This document shows, one piece after another, positions 21,221 through 33,464 of a DNA stretch of 64,000 nucleotides. Position 1 is the stretch's first letter. Each line of letters opens with the position of its first letter. The stretch comes from Gammaproteobacteria bacterium (lineage in GTDB: Bacteria; Pseudomonadota; Gammaproteobacteria; Ga0077536): the NCBI GenBank assembly GCA_963662545.2, contig CAXXLL010000002.1:192001-256000 (forward strand). The letters are read 5' to 3'. Under the pieces are notes generated by a model. That model was not told where the DNA came from, did no database searches, and was given only the letters and a program-made list of their open reading frames with translations. A program made the position numbers and the translations under genes.

Positions 21221-22816
21221 ATGAATGGCGCTCACGCCTTGCTAGATGCGCTGGTCGACGCCGGCGTCAAAGTCTGTTTCGCCAACCCGGGCACCTCGGA
21301 GATGCACCTGGTTTCGGCCATCGGCAAAAGCGACGCCATGCGCCCGGTCCTGTGCCTGTTCGAAGGCGTCGTTTCAGGGGCGGCCGATGGCTATGCGCGC
21401 ATGAGCGGAAAACCTGCGATCACCTTGCTGCATCTCGGACCCGGATTCTCCAACAGCATGGCGAATCTGCATAACGCGCGCCGCGCGCATTCGCCGCTCG
21501 TCAACATCGTCGGCGATCACGCTACCTGGCATCACAAGTACGACGCGCCGTTGACATCCGACGTACCTGCGCATGCCCGCATCCATTCGCATTGGCTCAA
21601 GGTAACGGAGTCCGCCGACGACCTGGCCCTGGCCGGAGCCGAGGCGGTGCAGGCATCGATGGAAGGCGCGGGCAAGATCTCGACCCTCATCGTGCCGGCG
21701 AATCATGCCTGGGAGCCGGCGACGAAATCCTATGATCGCCTGCCGCGCCCGGAGTTGCCGGCCGTTATTGACGCGCACGTCGATGCAGCCGCGAAGGCTT
21801 TGAAGAATGGCAGGCGAACGGCGCTGCTACTCGGCGGCCACGCCCTGCGCGATCCGTCCCTAGCGTCCGTCGGACGGGTTGCGGCGGCCACCGGCGCGGC
21901 GCTGTTGTGCGAAACGTTTTCGGCCCGACTTGAGCGAGGCGCCGGGCGTGTTCCCTTGCAGCGCATTCCGTATTTTGCGGAACTGGCCAGCGAATATCTG
22001 AAGGAATTCGAGCAGATGATCCTGATTGGCGCACAAAGACCGGTCGCTTTTTTCGCGTATCCGGACGTCGCGAGCCTGCTCGTGACCGAAACCTGCGAAA
22101 TGATCGAACTGGCCGGTGTCGATGACGATATTTCCGCTACACTCGCCGCGCTTGCAGACGCACTCGATGCGCCGGCGAACGTCGCCGTGCAGCAACGCGT
22201 CGCATCTGTCGTGCCTGATGGCGAGCTGACTCCCGCCGCTGTCGGCGACGTCATCAGCGCGCTGCTGCCCGAGCAGACGATTCTGGTTGACGAAGGGATT
22301 ACCTGCGGTCTGGAACTCTTCACCCGCACCGTGGGCGCGGCGCCGCACGACTGGCTCTCGATAACAGGCGGGTCGATCGGCCACGGCCTGCCGGTCAGTT
22401 TGGGCGCGAGTATCGCCTGCCCGCAGCGCAAAGTCGTTGCGTTTCAGGCGGACGGCAGCGCTATGTATACGGTACAGACCCTGTGGAGCATGATGCGTGA
22501 AGAGACTGACGTTACGGTGGTGTTGATGAACAACGGCAGCTACGCCATTCTCAACATTGAGCTCACGCGGCTCAAGACGGGTGAGCCCACGCCAAAGACG
22601 CTGTCCATGCTCGACCTGTCAAACCCGGACATCGATTGGGTGAGCATCGCCCGGGGCATGCAGATGCCCGCGAACCGTGCGGCGACGGTCGCGGAATTTC
22701 ATCAACAGTTTGGAGAAGCCATGCAAACGCGCGGGCCGTGCCTGATCGAGGTGAAGCTTGCGCAGCGGCCGGGCGCAATTGCTTATTCAGAGGTTCCTCA
22801 GATTCCGGATTCCTGA
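21221..22816 (+). CDS. TPP-dependent enzyme, acetolactate synthase large-subunit-like
   Basis: CFANPGTSEMH, GAADGYARM and TPP motif ADGSAMYT...NNGSY. Confidence 0.88.
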   Translation: MNGAHALLDALVDAGVKVCFANPGTSEMHLVSAIGKSDAMRPVLCLFEGVVSGAADGYARMSGKPAITLLHLGPGFSNSMANLHNARRAHSPLVNIVGDHATWHHKYDAPLTSDVPAHARIHSHWLKVTESADDLALAGAEAVQASMEGAGKISTLIVPANHAWEPATKSYDRLPRPELPAVIDAHVDAAAKALKNGRRTALLLGGHALRDPSLASVGRVAAATGAALLCETFSARLERGAGRVPLQRIPYFAELASEYLKEFEQMILIGAQRPVAFFAYPDVASLLVTETCEMIELAGVDDDISATLAALADALDAPANVAVQQRVASVVPDGELTPAAVGDVISALLPEQTILVDEGITCGLELFTRTVGAAPHDWLSITGGSIGHGLPVSLGASIACPQRKVVAFQADGSAMYTVQTLWSMMREETDVTVVLMNNGSYAILNIELTRLKTGEPTPKTLSMLDLSNPDIDWVSIARGMQMPANRAATVAEFHQQFGEAMQTRGPCLIEVKLAQRPGAIAYSEVPQIPDS

Positions 22817-23517
22817 GCGGCGATCCCTATCGCGTTCGTCAACAAGACCAATAAGGAATCGAATAGCGTCGTGCGATGCGATTCTCTAATTGCCTGCACA
22901 CCAGAGCCGGTTTCGTAACTGGGCCGCCAAACGGACTCCGCCAGCGGGGCGACCTGCCGGCCGCTCGCTCTGCCGACAACGAATTTCCCTTTCACGTCAA
23001 TCGCTTCAATTGCGATAGCGGCGTAGGCGAATACGCCGGTATCGAAAGCCTTTTGAAAACCGTAACCGCGAATATTCTGGTTGGTCTGGGTAACGTAGTC
23101 ATCCGTGACGTTCGGATAGACCACCACCACCATGTCGAGGCCTTTTACCGCGCCTGCCTGGTAAATGCGTTCGTGAATTTCACCGGTATCGCGGTAACCC
23201 CATTTGGATTCGGCAATACCAAGGAAGCTGTCGTCCCGGCGGATCCGGGTCACCTCGTACCCTTTGCGCCGCAACCGGGCCCCGACTTTTTCGTAGACGA
23301 GGGCGTCAGCGTCCCAGCCTTCCAGCACGGTGCTGGAGAACTTGCTTTCCATGGCCGATGTCGACAGGTAACTGATGTAGGGTTGCGGGTTGACCAGCGA
23401 CAGCACGCCGACCTTGGTGATCCTCGCCGCATGATCCGCGGTCATGCGTGGTTGGCTGGTATTCAGCAGGCAGCCCGTCAGCGCGGCGCAGCACAGATAG
23501 ATCAAACTTCTGATCAC
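22798..23517 (-). CDS. Hypothetical lipoprotein
   Basis: A GTG start gives MIRSLIYLCCAALTGC (lipobox LTGC); follows the upstream minus-strand operon. Confidence 0.6.
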   Translation of the reverse strand: MIRSLIYLCCAALTGCLLNTSQPRMTADHAARITKVGVLSLVNPQPYISYLSTSAMESKFSSTVLEGWDADALVYEKVGARLRRKGYEVTRIRRDDSFLGIAESKWGYRDTGEIHERIYQAGAVKGLDMVVVVYPNVTDDYVTQTNQNIRGYGFQKAFDTGVFAYAAIAIEAIDVKGKFVVGRASGRQVAPLAESVWRPSYETGSGVQAIRESHRTTLFDSLLVLLTNAIGIAAQESGI

Positions 23518-23534
23518 ATTCGATGCCGGAATCG

Positions 23535-24029
23535 TCAAGCCTTGTCCGCGTCCCGCGTCCACCGAAAATCGCAGTGATCCGCGCCTTCCATCATTGTCTG
23601 CGTGCGTTCGAGTTTGAGATCGGGGTCTATGCCGGCAGTCATGGGCGGATCGATGCCGCAAACCATGAGCCGTCCGAACTCCCGATCACCCAGTTCGTCA
23701 AACAACTCCGCATACCGACAGCGCCGTACGTTAAACGCCATCACGGTATCGGACTGTTCCAAGGGTTCAATTTCTATGGCGTCGCGCGCGGTGAACATGG
23801 GAACGGCTTTACGCAATTTGTCGAGAGAATGCGCGCCCTCGATGCGCGCGATAGACCGTCCGAGTCCTGTTGCAAATTCGTCGACCGCTTCTTTAAGCAA
23901 TTCGCGCGCCCGGGATGGACCGATTTCGGTTTTAAGGCGCCGGTACAAGGGCATCAGAATTTCCGCCTGGATTTTGACGCGCTCGATATAAGGTAACGGA
24001 GGGGATGTTTCGTCTTGTTCCTCGCTCAT
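23535..24029 (-). CDS. L-2-amino-thiazoline-4-carboxylate hydrolase-family protein
   Basis: FNVRRCRYAE, LMVCGID and LERTQTMMEGADHCDFR pattern. Confidence 0.82.
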   Translation of the reverse strand: MSEEQDETSPPLPYIERVKIQAEILMPLYRRLKTEIGPSRARELLKEAVDEFATGLGRSIARIEGAHSLDKLRKAVPMFTARDAIEIEPLEQSDTVMAFNVRRCRYAELFDELGDREFGRLMVCGIDPPMTAGIDPDLKLERTQTMMEGADHCDFRWTRDADKA

Positions 24030-24033
24030 GGAA

Positions 24034-24505
24034 TCATCCTCGAATCCCGCGGGTATTGTCGCCCGCCGTCGACCCTGACTTTTGCTCCCAGCCGAACGCC
24101 AATGAACGCCAGAGGTCACGGTAATCGTAATCGGTGTCCAGCGCGAGGTTGAGGCGATTGTAGGCCGCAAAATCGCTGACCAGGTGCACGATCTGAACGA
24201 TACTCTTGTCGGTTAGACCAAGCTCACGCAATGCGTCGGTATCGGTGTCGGTCACGGACTTGGCATCGGCGTTGACCTTGAGCGCGAATTGGAGAATGAC
24301 CTTCAATCGCGGCTCGTCCACGCCGTCAATCCCGTCGCTTAGCACCCGCGCGACCGCTTCCTCGGCTGCGCCGAGACCGTAATTTAGAATCGTGGAAAAG
24401 GCCGCGGTACAGTACGGGCAGCCGTTCGCCTTGGATACGAGGATGCCGACGTGCTGGATCTCGGGCATCGACTCTTTCCGGCTTGATGATTGCGACTCTG
24501 GCCAT
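24034..24505 (-). pseudogene. AhpD/carboxymuconolactone decarboxylase-like peroxidase, apparently 5'-disrupted
   Basis: VSKANGCPYC (CxxC) and YNRLNLAL in ORF 24034-24468. A typical N-terminus MARVAIIKPE begins at 24505 in another frame. Confidence 0.6.
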
Positions 24506-24531
24506 GCTTAAGCTCTTGCGCCTGTAGTGAT

Positions 24532-26414
<1,883 letters not shown>

Positions 26415-26506
26415 TTCGGATTTCCTCCCTCGGGATTCTCTATTTTGAGGCAACCCTACTATATCCGAACAGATGACCGGCCGCATCGAACAGAGACGCG
26501 GAACCG

Positions 26507-27022
26507 TCAACCCGGTTGGTGTCGATCCATCCACCGTCGATCGGCGAGCACCACCGAGGTTTCGATCTGACGCTCGGGGATGTTCCAGTATTCACGGAGC
26601 AAGCGTTCCTTGTCTGCATAGGATACGGGTACGAAACCCTGACCTTCGTAGAAAGCGATGGCCCAGTTCGCGGCTGCCCAGGTCCCGACCAACAACGGCT
26701 TGCTGCAAGTCGACTGAACATGCGCTAGCAGCGCACGGCCGATGCCGGCGTGCTGCCGGCTCGGTGCGACGTAAGCGTGGCGAATCAGGGCGAGATCCCC
26801 GAGAACCTGAATGCCCATTACGCCCGCGATCGCGGTCTCGTCGCCGGCCAGCCAGAATTCGACCCGTTGGGTGATTTCCCTTTCGAGTTCCTGTCTCGGC
26901 ATATACGGTTCGTGCCATCGATCCGGCGGTATGACGCCCCTGTAGGCGACTGCGGCATCGTTGATGATCTTTAATACATCGTCAAAATCCGGTGGGCTAT
27001 AAGGCCTGATTAACATTTCCAA
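26507..27022 (-). CDS. GNAT-family N-acetyltransferase
   Basis: RHAYV..SRQHAGIG acetyl-CoA motif and AIAFYEGQGF. Confidence 0.88.
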   Translation of the reverse strand: MEMLIRPYSPPDFDDVLKIINDAAVAYRGVIPPDRWHEPYMPRQELEREITQRVEFWLAGDETAIAGVMGIQVLGDLALIRHAYVAPSRQHAGIGRALLAHVQSTCSKPLLVGTWAAANWAIAFYEGQGFVPVSYADKERLLREYWNIPERQIETSVVLADRRWMDRHQPG

Positions 27023-27039
27023 CCAGCAGTGTGTTACGC

Positions 27040-28245
27040 CTAGGGTGCGGGACCGAGCACGCCGGATTTTTCCAGCTCCGCGACCTCGTCTATCGTCATC
27101 CCCAGATGGTTGGCCAGCACCTCGTAATTGTGTTCGCCGATACGTGCAACCGCGGGACCGACGGCGGCATGGGTGTCGGAAAACAGAAACGGCGAGTTCG
27201 GCACTTTAAGCGGCCCGGCCGCGTCATTCACTTCGGTCAGCATGCCGCGATGAACCAATTGCGGATCGCCGTCCAGCTCGCCGATCTTGCGATAGGTTGC
27301 GCACGGAAGCCGGCGGGCCTCGAAGGCTTCCATCGCTTCAGCCGAGGTCTTCGTGCGCGTCCAGGGTTCGATTTCGTCCTGCAGGAAATCGTAGTTGTAT
27401 ATACGGGCAGTGGTCGTGGCGAAGCGCGGATCTCCGATTAGATCGGGGCGCCCTACACAATTCATGAGTTCGACGAAATGGTGCTGATTGAGCGGTATCA
27501 CCATCACGAAGCCGTCGCGGGTTTCGAGCGGGCCGTAATGCCGGTCGTTCATCTCCCCGTTGAAGGCGGTCTGAAAGTCCTTGTGCATCGTCGCCAGCAG
27601 GGTGTCCTGCATCGCGATGTCGATGTACTGCCCTATCCCTGAGTTTGCGCGGTAATACAGCGCCGCCGTGATGGCGCCGAAGGCCTGCAGCGAGGCACTC
27701 GTGTCACCCACCGGCAGGCCCATGTTCAACGGCCGCGAATGTCCGGGCTGGGCCCGCTGGGTGACTAAATCGTAACCGCTCGTCGCCTGCACGATCGGCG
27801 CGTAGGCAGGACGCGACGCTTCGGGTCCGGTCTGACCGTAACCCGATATAGAACACATGATGACTCTGGGATTGACCGATTTGAGGGTTTCGTAGTCGAG
27901 GCCCAGGCGGCGCATGACGCCCGGGCTGTAGTTTTCGACTACCACGTCGTGGGTTGCGAGCAGGCGCTTGCAAAGTTCTATCGCCTCGGACCGTTTGAGA
28001 TCCATAGACACGCAGAGCTTGCCACTGTTCACTGCACTGAAAAGGGCGCTGACATCGCCGCGCATAGGCCCCGCCGTGCGGAGGATCTCACCATCGGGTG
28101 CTTCGATTTTGACGATTTCAGCACCGAGGTCCGCCATCAGGCGCGTGCAGTAGGAGCCCGCGATCACGGCGGTGAAATCGAGCACGCGCACGCCGTCGAG
28201 TACGCGCGGTCCGTTCTCATTGCGATTGTTTTCCATGCCTATCAT
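27040..28245 (-). CDS. CaiB/BaiF family III CoA-transferase
   Basis: LDGVRVLDFT, ADLGAEIVKIE, VENYSPG and CSISGYGQTGP motifs. Confidence 0.92.
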   Translation of the reverse strand: MIGMENNRNENGPRVLDGVRVLDFTAVIAGSYCTRLMADLGAEIVKIEAPDGEILRTAGPMRGDVSALFSAVNSGKLCVSMDLKRSEAIELCKRLLATHDVVVENYSPGVMRRLGLDYETLKSVNPRVIMCSISGYGQTGPEASRPAYAPIVQATSGYDLVTQRAQPGHSRPLNMGLPVGDTSASLQAFGAITAALYYRANSGIGQYIDIAMQDTLLATMHKDFQTAFNGEMNDRHYGPLETRDGFVMVIPLNQHHFVELMNCVGRPDLIGDPRFATTTARIYNYDFLQDEIEPWTRTKTSAEAMEAFEARRLPCATYRKIGELDGDPQLVHRGMLTEVNDAAGPLKVPNSPFLFSDTHAAVGPAVARIGEHNYEVLANHLGMTIDEVAELEKSGVLGPAP

Positions 28246-28280
28246 TCGGGGTCTGCCGTCCGCTGGAGATTGTGACCTGC

Positions 28281-31127
28281 TCAGGTCGCGATCACTACCC
28301 GTATCGCGTCGAGTTTCAACTGGGCCGCACGCACATAGCGTTCGAGATTCTGCATGCTCGTCTCGAAATGCACGATTTCTTCCTCGCGTACGTTCGGATT
28401 CACCCTGGCCAGGCTCCGCAGGCGGTCAATTTCGGCCTGCACAAGCTCCGTCATCACCGTGCTTGCCTCCTCGACGATGGCCTCCTGCGCGACCTCTGCC
28501 AGGTGCGCAGCATGATCGAGAAGCCCACTGATCTGATCGCGCGTCTTCGCGATCACTTTCTGCGCCGTCGACGGCGGCACATCGCGCACGTGCTCGTTGA
28601 ACCAGGTTGCCGGGAATCGGTCGGTCGCGTCCTCACCCGCGGCATCGATCAACAGTCGCAGCGAAGATTGCGGCAAGAACTGTTCCACCTGTAGCCCGCG
28701 CGGGGCGGGACAAACGATCACGAACAGGGCTTCGACCAAAAGGGAACCGGGATTCAAGCCCGGTGCCTTGACCACACCAAAACCGGCATTGCCAAATTCG
28801 CTGTTCAATACCATGTCGATTGCACCGGTCACCATAGGGTGTTCCCAGGTGAGGAAATGCATGTCGTCTCGCGATTGGGCCTGGGCGCGATCGAAGGTGA
28901 CCGTCAGCCCTCCCTCGGGCAGCCCGGGAAATTCATGGCAGCTCATGTGATCGCCGGGATGGACGACGAGGCTGGTCTCATCATTTTCTTCGTGCTCGAC
29001 GCCGAACTCGCTGAATACGTCGTCGATCCAGGTGCGCAGTTCGTCGACGCGCTCAGCGGTGCCGATAGCGCTGAGGATTGCGTCGGCCCGACTTCGGTCG
29101 AAGGAATTGCGTTCGAGCAAGCGGTCGCGGCCACGCTTCAGTATTTCGGTCAATTCCAACGCCCGCGCCCGCGTGGCCTCGACGAGACGCGCCAATGCGG
29201 TTTCGTCTTCCGGACGTGCCATGCAATGTTCGAGCGGTGCCGAGAATTCAGCGATGAGAGCCGGACCTGCGGGACAGATGTGAACGAAGGCGTCCAGGCC
29301 CTCGTGCAGCCAGTGGAATAGCACCGCCTGCGCTGTGCCACGAAACCACGGTATGTGAATTTCGACCGTGTGGCTCTGGCCGATGCGGTCGAGGCGCCCG
29401 ATCCGTTGCTCGAGGAGATCCGGGTTAGGCGGTAGGTCGAACAGCACCAGATGCCGCGCGAACTGGAAATTACGACCTTCGCTACCGATTTCCGAGCAGA
29501 ACAGCGCCTGCGCGTCGTCTTCGGTGTCGGCGAAGTAGGCCGCGGCGCGATCGCGCGAGACCAGTTCCATCCCTTCGTGGAAGACCGCCGAACGCAGCCC
29601 TTTTCGCGAACGCAGGTGAGCCTCCAAGGTCTGCGCAGTATCGGCGTAAAGGCAGATCACCAGGACTTTCTCCGTGCGGTGAGACGCCAGCCATTGCGCC
29701 AACCATTCGACGCGCGGATCGAAGCTCAACCAATCGTCTCCAACCAAGGCCTCGGGCGTCAGCCGTGCCACCGCGGGCACGCTAGTGTCCGCTTCCAGGT
29801 ACTCCGCGGGCGGCTCGAGTTCGTGGGCATGGAGGCGCCGTTCCGGAAACCCGCTGATGCTGTCCCGGCAGTTGCGGAACAGGACGCGTCCGGTGCCGTG
29901 ATGTTCGAGTAATTCCCCGACGATGCGATCCATGAACTCGCGCGCCGGGCGTCCTGCGTACGCCGAGCGCAAAACGGCGATGCGATCGGCCCCGATGTAG
30001 CCGGCGGTGGCGGCCTCCAGATCGGCTTCGATCACGTCGCGCGAATCGGTAAGCCGTTCGACCAGGGCATTGACTTCCCCGTAGCGCCGTTCCTCTTCAA
30101 GAAACTTCGCCAAATCGTGATAGCGGTTAGGATCGAGCAGGCGCAGGCGCGCAAAATGACCCTCGACGCCGAGTTGTTCGGGCGTGGCCGTCAGCAGCAG
30201 CAGGCCTGGAACCGCAGAGGCAAGTCGCTCGATGCGATCGTAAGCCGGCGTGGTATGTTCCGGCGTCCATTGGAGATGGTGGGCTTCGTCGACGATCAGA
30301 AGGTCCCAATCAGCGGCGCAGGCTTGCTCGTGTCGGTCCGCATGGTCGACCAGAAAGGTAAGGCTGGTCAGAACGAGCTGTGCGGATTCAAACGGATTGG
30401 CCTCGCCCGAGGCTTCGAGTTCTTCGCAGATCTCCTCGTCGAGGATGGAAAACTTCAAGTTGAAGCGACGCAACATCTCGATCAGCCATTGATGGACCAG
30501 GTTCGTCGGCACCACGATGAGTGCCCGATTGACGCGGCCGTTCAACAAGTGCCGGTGCAGGATCAGGCCGGCCTCGATGGTTTTGCCGAGACCCACTTCA
30601 TCGGCCAGCAGAACGCGCGGCGCGTGACGGCGGGATACTTCGTCGGCGATGTAAAGCTGGTGCCCGAGCAGCTGGACGCGCGGCCCCACCAGGCCGAATA
30701 CGGGGGAAACCCGATGGCGGTGCTGATGACCGAGCGTTGCGCTGCGCAGGCGAAAGCGGCTCGCTTTGTCGATTTGCCCGGTAAACAGCCGGTCGAGCGG
30801 GCGGTTGAACTGCACGAAGCTGTCCAGATCGATCTCGTGCAGGCTGAGCGCCCGGCCGCGTGCGTCGATGCCCTGGTAGACGACGCAGCCTTCGATTTCC
30901 TCGACCGCCTCAACGATGATCTCCGCACCGTCCTCGCTGCGGATCCGGTCGGCCGCGCGGTACTGAACGCGCGTCAAGGGGGCATTGTCCAGGGCATAGG
31001 TCCGGCGTTCCTCGCTCGCCGGGAAATTCATGACGACGTGCCGGTTCTGCACCTCGAACACGATGCCGAGGCCGAGCTCGGGCTCGGTATTACTGATCCA
31101 GCGTTGTCCGGGATGGCATTCGGTCAT
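28281..31127 (-). CDS. rapA: RNA polymerase-associated SWI2/SNF2 ATPase RapA
   Basis: GQRWISNTEPELGLG start, LADEVGLGKTIEAG, DEAHH, CSEIGSEGRNFQF and LEQRIGRLDRIGQ motifs. Confidence 0.96.
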   Translation of the reverse strand: MTECHPGQRWISNTEPELGLGIVFEVQNRHVVMNFPASEERRTYALDNAPLTRVQYRAADRIRSEDGAEIIVEAVEEIEGCVVYQGIDARGRALSLHEIDLDSFVQFNRPLDRLFTGQIDKASRFRLRSATLGHQHRHRVSPVFGLVGPRVQLLGHQLYIADEVSRRHAPRVLLADEVGLGKTIEAGLILHRHLLNGRVNRALIVVPTNLVHQWLIEMLRRFNLKFSILDEEICEELEASGEANPFESAQLVLTSLTFLVDHADRHEQACAADWDLLIVDEAHHLQWTPEHTTPAYDRIERLASAVPGLLLLTATPEQLGVEGHFARLRLLDPNRYHDLAKFLEEERRYGEVNALVERLTDSRDVIEADLEAATAGYIGADRIAVLRSAYAGRPAREFMDRIVGELLEHHGTGRVLFRNCRDSISGFPERRLHAHELEPPAEYLEADTSVPAVARLTPEALVGDDWLSFDPRVEWLAQWLASHRTEKVLVICLYADTAQTLEAHLRSRKGLRSAVFHEGMELVSRDRAAAYFADTEDDAQALFCSEIGSEGRNFQFARHLVLFDLPPNPDLLEQRIGRLDRIGQSHTVEIHIPWFRGTAQAVLFHWLHEGLDAFVHICPAGPALIAEFSAPLEHCMARPEDETALARLVEATRARALELTEILKRGRDRLLERNSFDRSRADAILSAIGTAERVDELRTWIDDVFSEFGVEHEENDETSLVVHPGDHMSCHEFPGLPEGGLTVTFDRAQAQSRDDMHFLTWEHPMVTGAIDMVLNSEFGNAGFGVVKAPGLNPGSLLVEALFVIVCPAPRGLQVEQFLPQSSLRLLIDAAGEDATDRFPATWFNEHVRDVPPSTAQKVIAKTRDQISGLLDHAAHLAEVAQEAIVEEASTVMTELVQAEIDRLRSLARVNPNVREEEIVHFETSMQNLERYVRAAQLKLDAIRVVIAT

Positions 31128-31182
31128 GAACTTAAGCCGCGCACATTTTTATCGGGAACAGTGATCGAAGGATCGCACTGAT

Positions 31183-31815
31183 TCATTGATCACCAGCCGA
31201 TTGCGGTGGCTGATCATGCGGCACCTGCCGCGCCTTGAAATCCGCGGTCGTATTCGCATGTGGGAAGGGTTCGTCGGGCACGGGCAGGTCGAGCGCTGTG
31301 CAGATCGGTTCCCATCCCTGTTCCGGCCGCCAGGTGACCAGGTGCGAACCCGGCGCGGTCGCGCGCACCCTCACATTGCTCGCTTCGTAGGCGGCGATGC
31401 AGGCGTTCTTGTCCTCGATAGCGCTGATGAACCGGCTTTTGAACAGCGCGTCCATCATGCGCCGCCAGTCGTTGTGCGCTCTCAAGGTCGCGGGAATGAT
31501 GGTGTTCGACATGCTTCGCCACCAGGATTCAGAATCTCGCTCGGAGAGAACGATCTTGGCATCCGGAAACGCTGCATGAATTTCCGGCCAAAAGGACGAG
31601 GCCGGCCAGTCGACCGCGGCCGCGTAACCGTCGAACAGGGCATGCCAGTCGGGCATACGGCCCTCGGCCGCGGCGTGCCACAGCGGCACATCCTGCGGGC
31701 GCGATAAGACCTCGTGCATGTGATAGCACGGCGCGCCAAGCAGCTTCTCGAGCGCCACTTTGAGTGAGGTCGTGCCGGTACGGCCGATGCCGGCACCGAT
31801 GATACGCAGGGTCAT
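31183..31815 (-). CDS. Sulfotransferase-like P-loop protein
   Basis: IIGAGIGRTGTTSLK, CYHM, VDWP, GWEPIC and PFPHAN motifs; GGAGG RBS. Confidence 0.85.
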   Translation of the reverse strand: MTLRIIGAGIGRTGTTSLKVALEKLLGAPCYHMHEVLSRPQDVPLWHAAAEGRMPDWHALFDGYAAAVDWPASSFWPEIHAAFPDAKIVLSERDSESWWRSMSNTIIPATLRAHNDWRRMMDALFKSRFISAIEDKNACIAAYEASNVRVRATAPGSHLVTWRPEQGWEPICTALDLPVPDEPFPHANTTADFKARQVPHDQPPQSAGDQ

Positions 31816-31914
31816 GTGAGATTCCTCCGGCTTGTCTGCTTCAGTTTTTGAGATCGACGGATTCGAGCGGGCGTTACGGTAGCGCCACCGGCGCCGATTT
31901 GCGATAGTTTTATC

Positions 31915-33039
31915 GTGCCTAGTGACCAAACCCCGACTCCGGAACTCGAACAGACCGCACTTTTTGCGCTGCACGCCGAATTGGGCGCCAAGCTCGTTGA
32001 GTTCGCCGGCTATGCGATGCCTCTGCAATACGCCCCGGGCATCGTGCAGGAGCACATCCACACACGCGAACACGCGGGGCTTTTCGACGTTTCACACATG
32101 GGACAGATCGCAGTTCGCGGATCCCCATCAGCGCTCGAGAAGCTGGTACCTAGCGATATCACCGGCCTCGCTGAGTTCCAGCAACGCTATACGGTCTTGA
32201 CCAACGAAACCGGCGGCATCATCGACGACCTGATGGTGACGCGCGTGCCGGACGGCCTGTTCGTGGTCGTCAACGCCGCTTTCAAGGACCGAGTTTTCGC
32301 CCATCTCGAGGACGGACTCAAGGGCGAATGTGGCCTCGATCGCTATCCCGATCGTGCCCTGATCGCGTTGCAGGGACCGGCAGCGGCCGAGGTATTGGCG
32401 GCGCACAGTGGGCAAACACGGGCATTGAAATTTATGACGGCCGCCGAGTGCGACCTCGCCGGGATCGCCTGCCTGGTCAACCGCTCGGGTTACACCGGCG
32501 AGGACGGCTTCGAAATCTCGGTCGCGGCGGGTGATGCCGAGCGGCTCGCCCGCTTGTTGCTCGAACACCCGCGGGTTTTACCGGCCGGACTCGGCGCACG
32601 CGATTCGCTCAGGCTCGAAGCGGGATTGTGCCTTTCGGGAACCGACATCGATGCCAGCACCACGCCGATCGAAGCAGGCCTCGGCTGGATCATCGCGAGG
32701 AAACACCGCGAAGAAGCTGCGACCGCCGCCTTTCCAGGCGCCGAAATCATTCTACGGCAACTGGAGGCCGGCACTTCGCGCGTACGCGTCGGCCTTCGTC
32801 CTCAGGGCCGTATCCCTTTGCGCGGCGGCATGGTGTTGTTGAACGATGCCAACCACGAAGTGGGTAGAATAAGCTCCGGCAGCTTCGGGCCGACGGCGGG
32901 ACACCCGGTCGCCATGGGCTATGTCGACAGTGGGATCGCAAACGCGGATTCGCTGCTCAAAGTGTCGATCCGAGATCGGATCCATGGGGTCGAAGTCGCA
33001 AGCTTGCCGTTCGTCCCGCACCGCTATCACAGAGATTGA
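31915..33039 (+). CDS. gcvT: Glycine cleavage system aminomethyltransferase T
   Basis: GLFDVSHMG, GGIIDDL, RSGYTGEDGFE and GLGARDSLRLEAG motifs. Confidence 0.96.
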   Translation: MPSDQTPTPELEQTALFALHAELGAKLVEFAGYAMPLQYAPGIVQEHIHTREHAGLFDVSHMGQIAVRGSPSALEKLVPSDITGLAEFQQRYTVLTNETGGIIDDLMVTRVPDGLFVVVNAAFKDRVFAHLEDGLKGECGLDRYPDRALIALQGPAAAEVLAAHSGQTRALKFMTAAECDLAGIACLVNRSGYTGEDGFEISVAAGDAERLARLLLEHPRVLPAGLGARDSLRLEAGLCLSGTDIDASTTPIEAGLGWIIARKHREEAATAAFPGAEIILRQLEAGTSRVRVGLRPQGRIPLRGGMVLLNDANHEVGRISSGSFGPTAGHPVAMGYVDSGIANADSLLKVSIRDRIHGVEVASLPFVPHRYHRD

Positions 33040-33049
33040 AGAATTTCAC

Positions 33050-33427
33050 ATGAGCACACTCAAATTCACTACCGCGCATGAGTGGCTGCGTGCCGAGGAC
33101 GATGGCGTCGTCTGCCTAGGCATCAGCGATTACGCCCAGGAGCAACTGGGCGACATCGTCTATGTAGAATTGCCGGACGTTGATGCCCGCTTCGAGAGCG
33201 GTGCAAACCTGGCCGTGATCGAATCCGTCAAGGCCGTCGGCGAGATCAATATACCGTTCGCAGGCACGGTGCGATCGGTAAACGATCGCCTGACCGACGA
33301 ACCCGAAATCGTCAACGCCGACCCCATGGGTGACGGCTGGCTGCTGCGGATCACGGCCGATGATCCCGATGCACTTGATGACTTTATGGAAGAGGCCGCC
33401 TATCACACTTACCTCGAAGGACTTTGA
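33050..33427 (+). CDS. gcvH: Glycine cleavage system H protein
   Basis: [22 protein letters not shown] and lipoyl-lysine ESVKA motifs. Confidence 0.96.
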   Translation: MSTLKFTTAHEWLRAEDDGVVCLGISDYAQEQLGDIVYVELPDVDARFESGANLAVIESVKAVGEINIPFAGTVRSVNDRLTDEPEIVNADPMGDGWLLRITADDPDALDDFMEEAAYHTYLEGL

Positions 33428-33464
33428 ACGATTTTCACCCACCTGCGAATCCGCCCGCCGACGG

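Noticed and set aside
31816-31914. Glycine riboswitch upstream of gcvT
   Set aside because: The intergenic region is about 100 bp and lacks the GGAGA/CCGAAG/CTCTCAGG elements.
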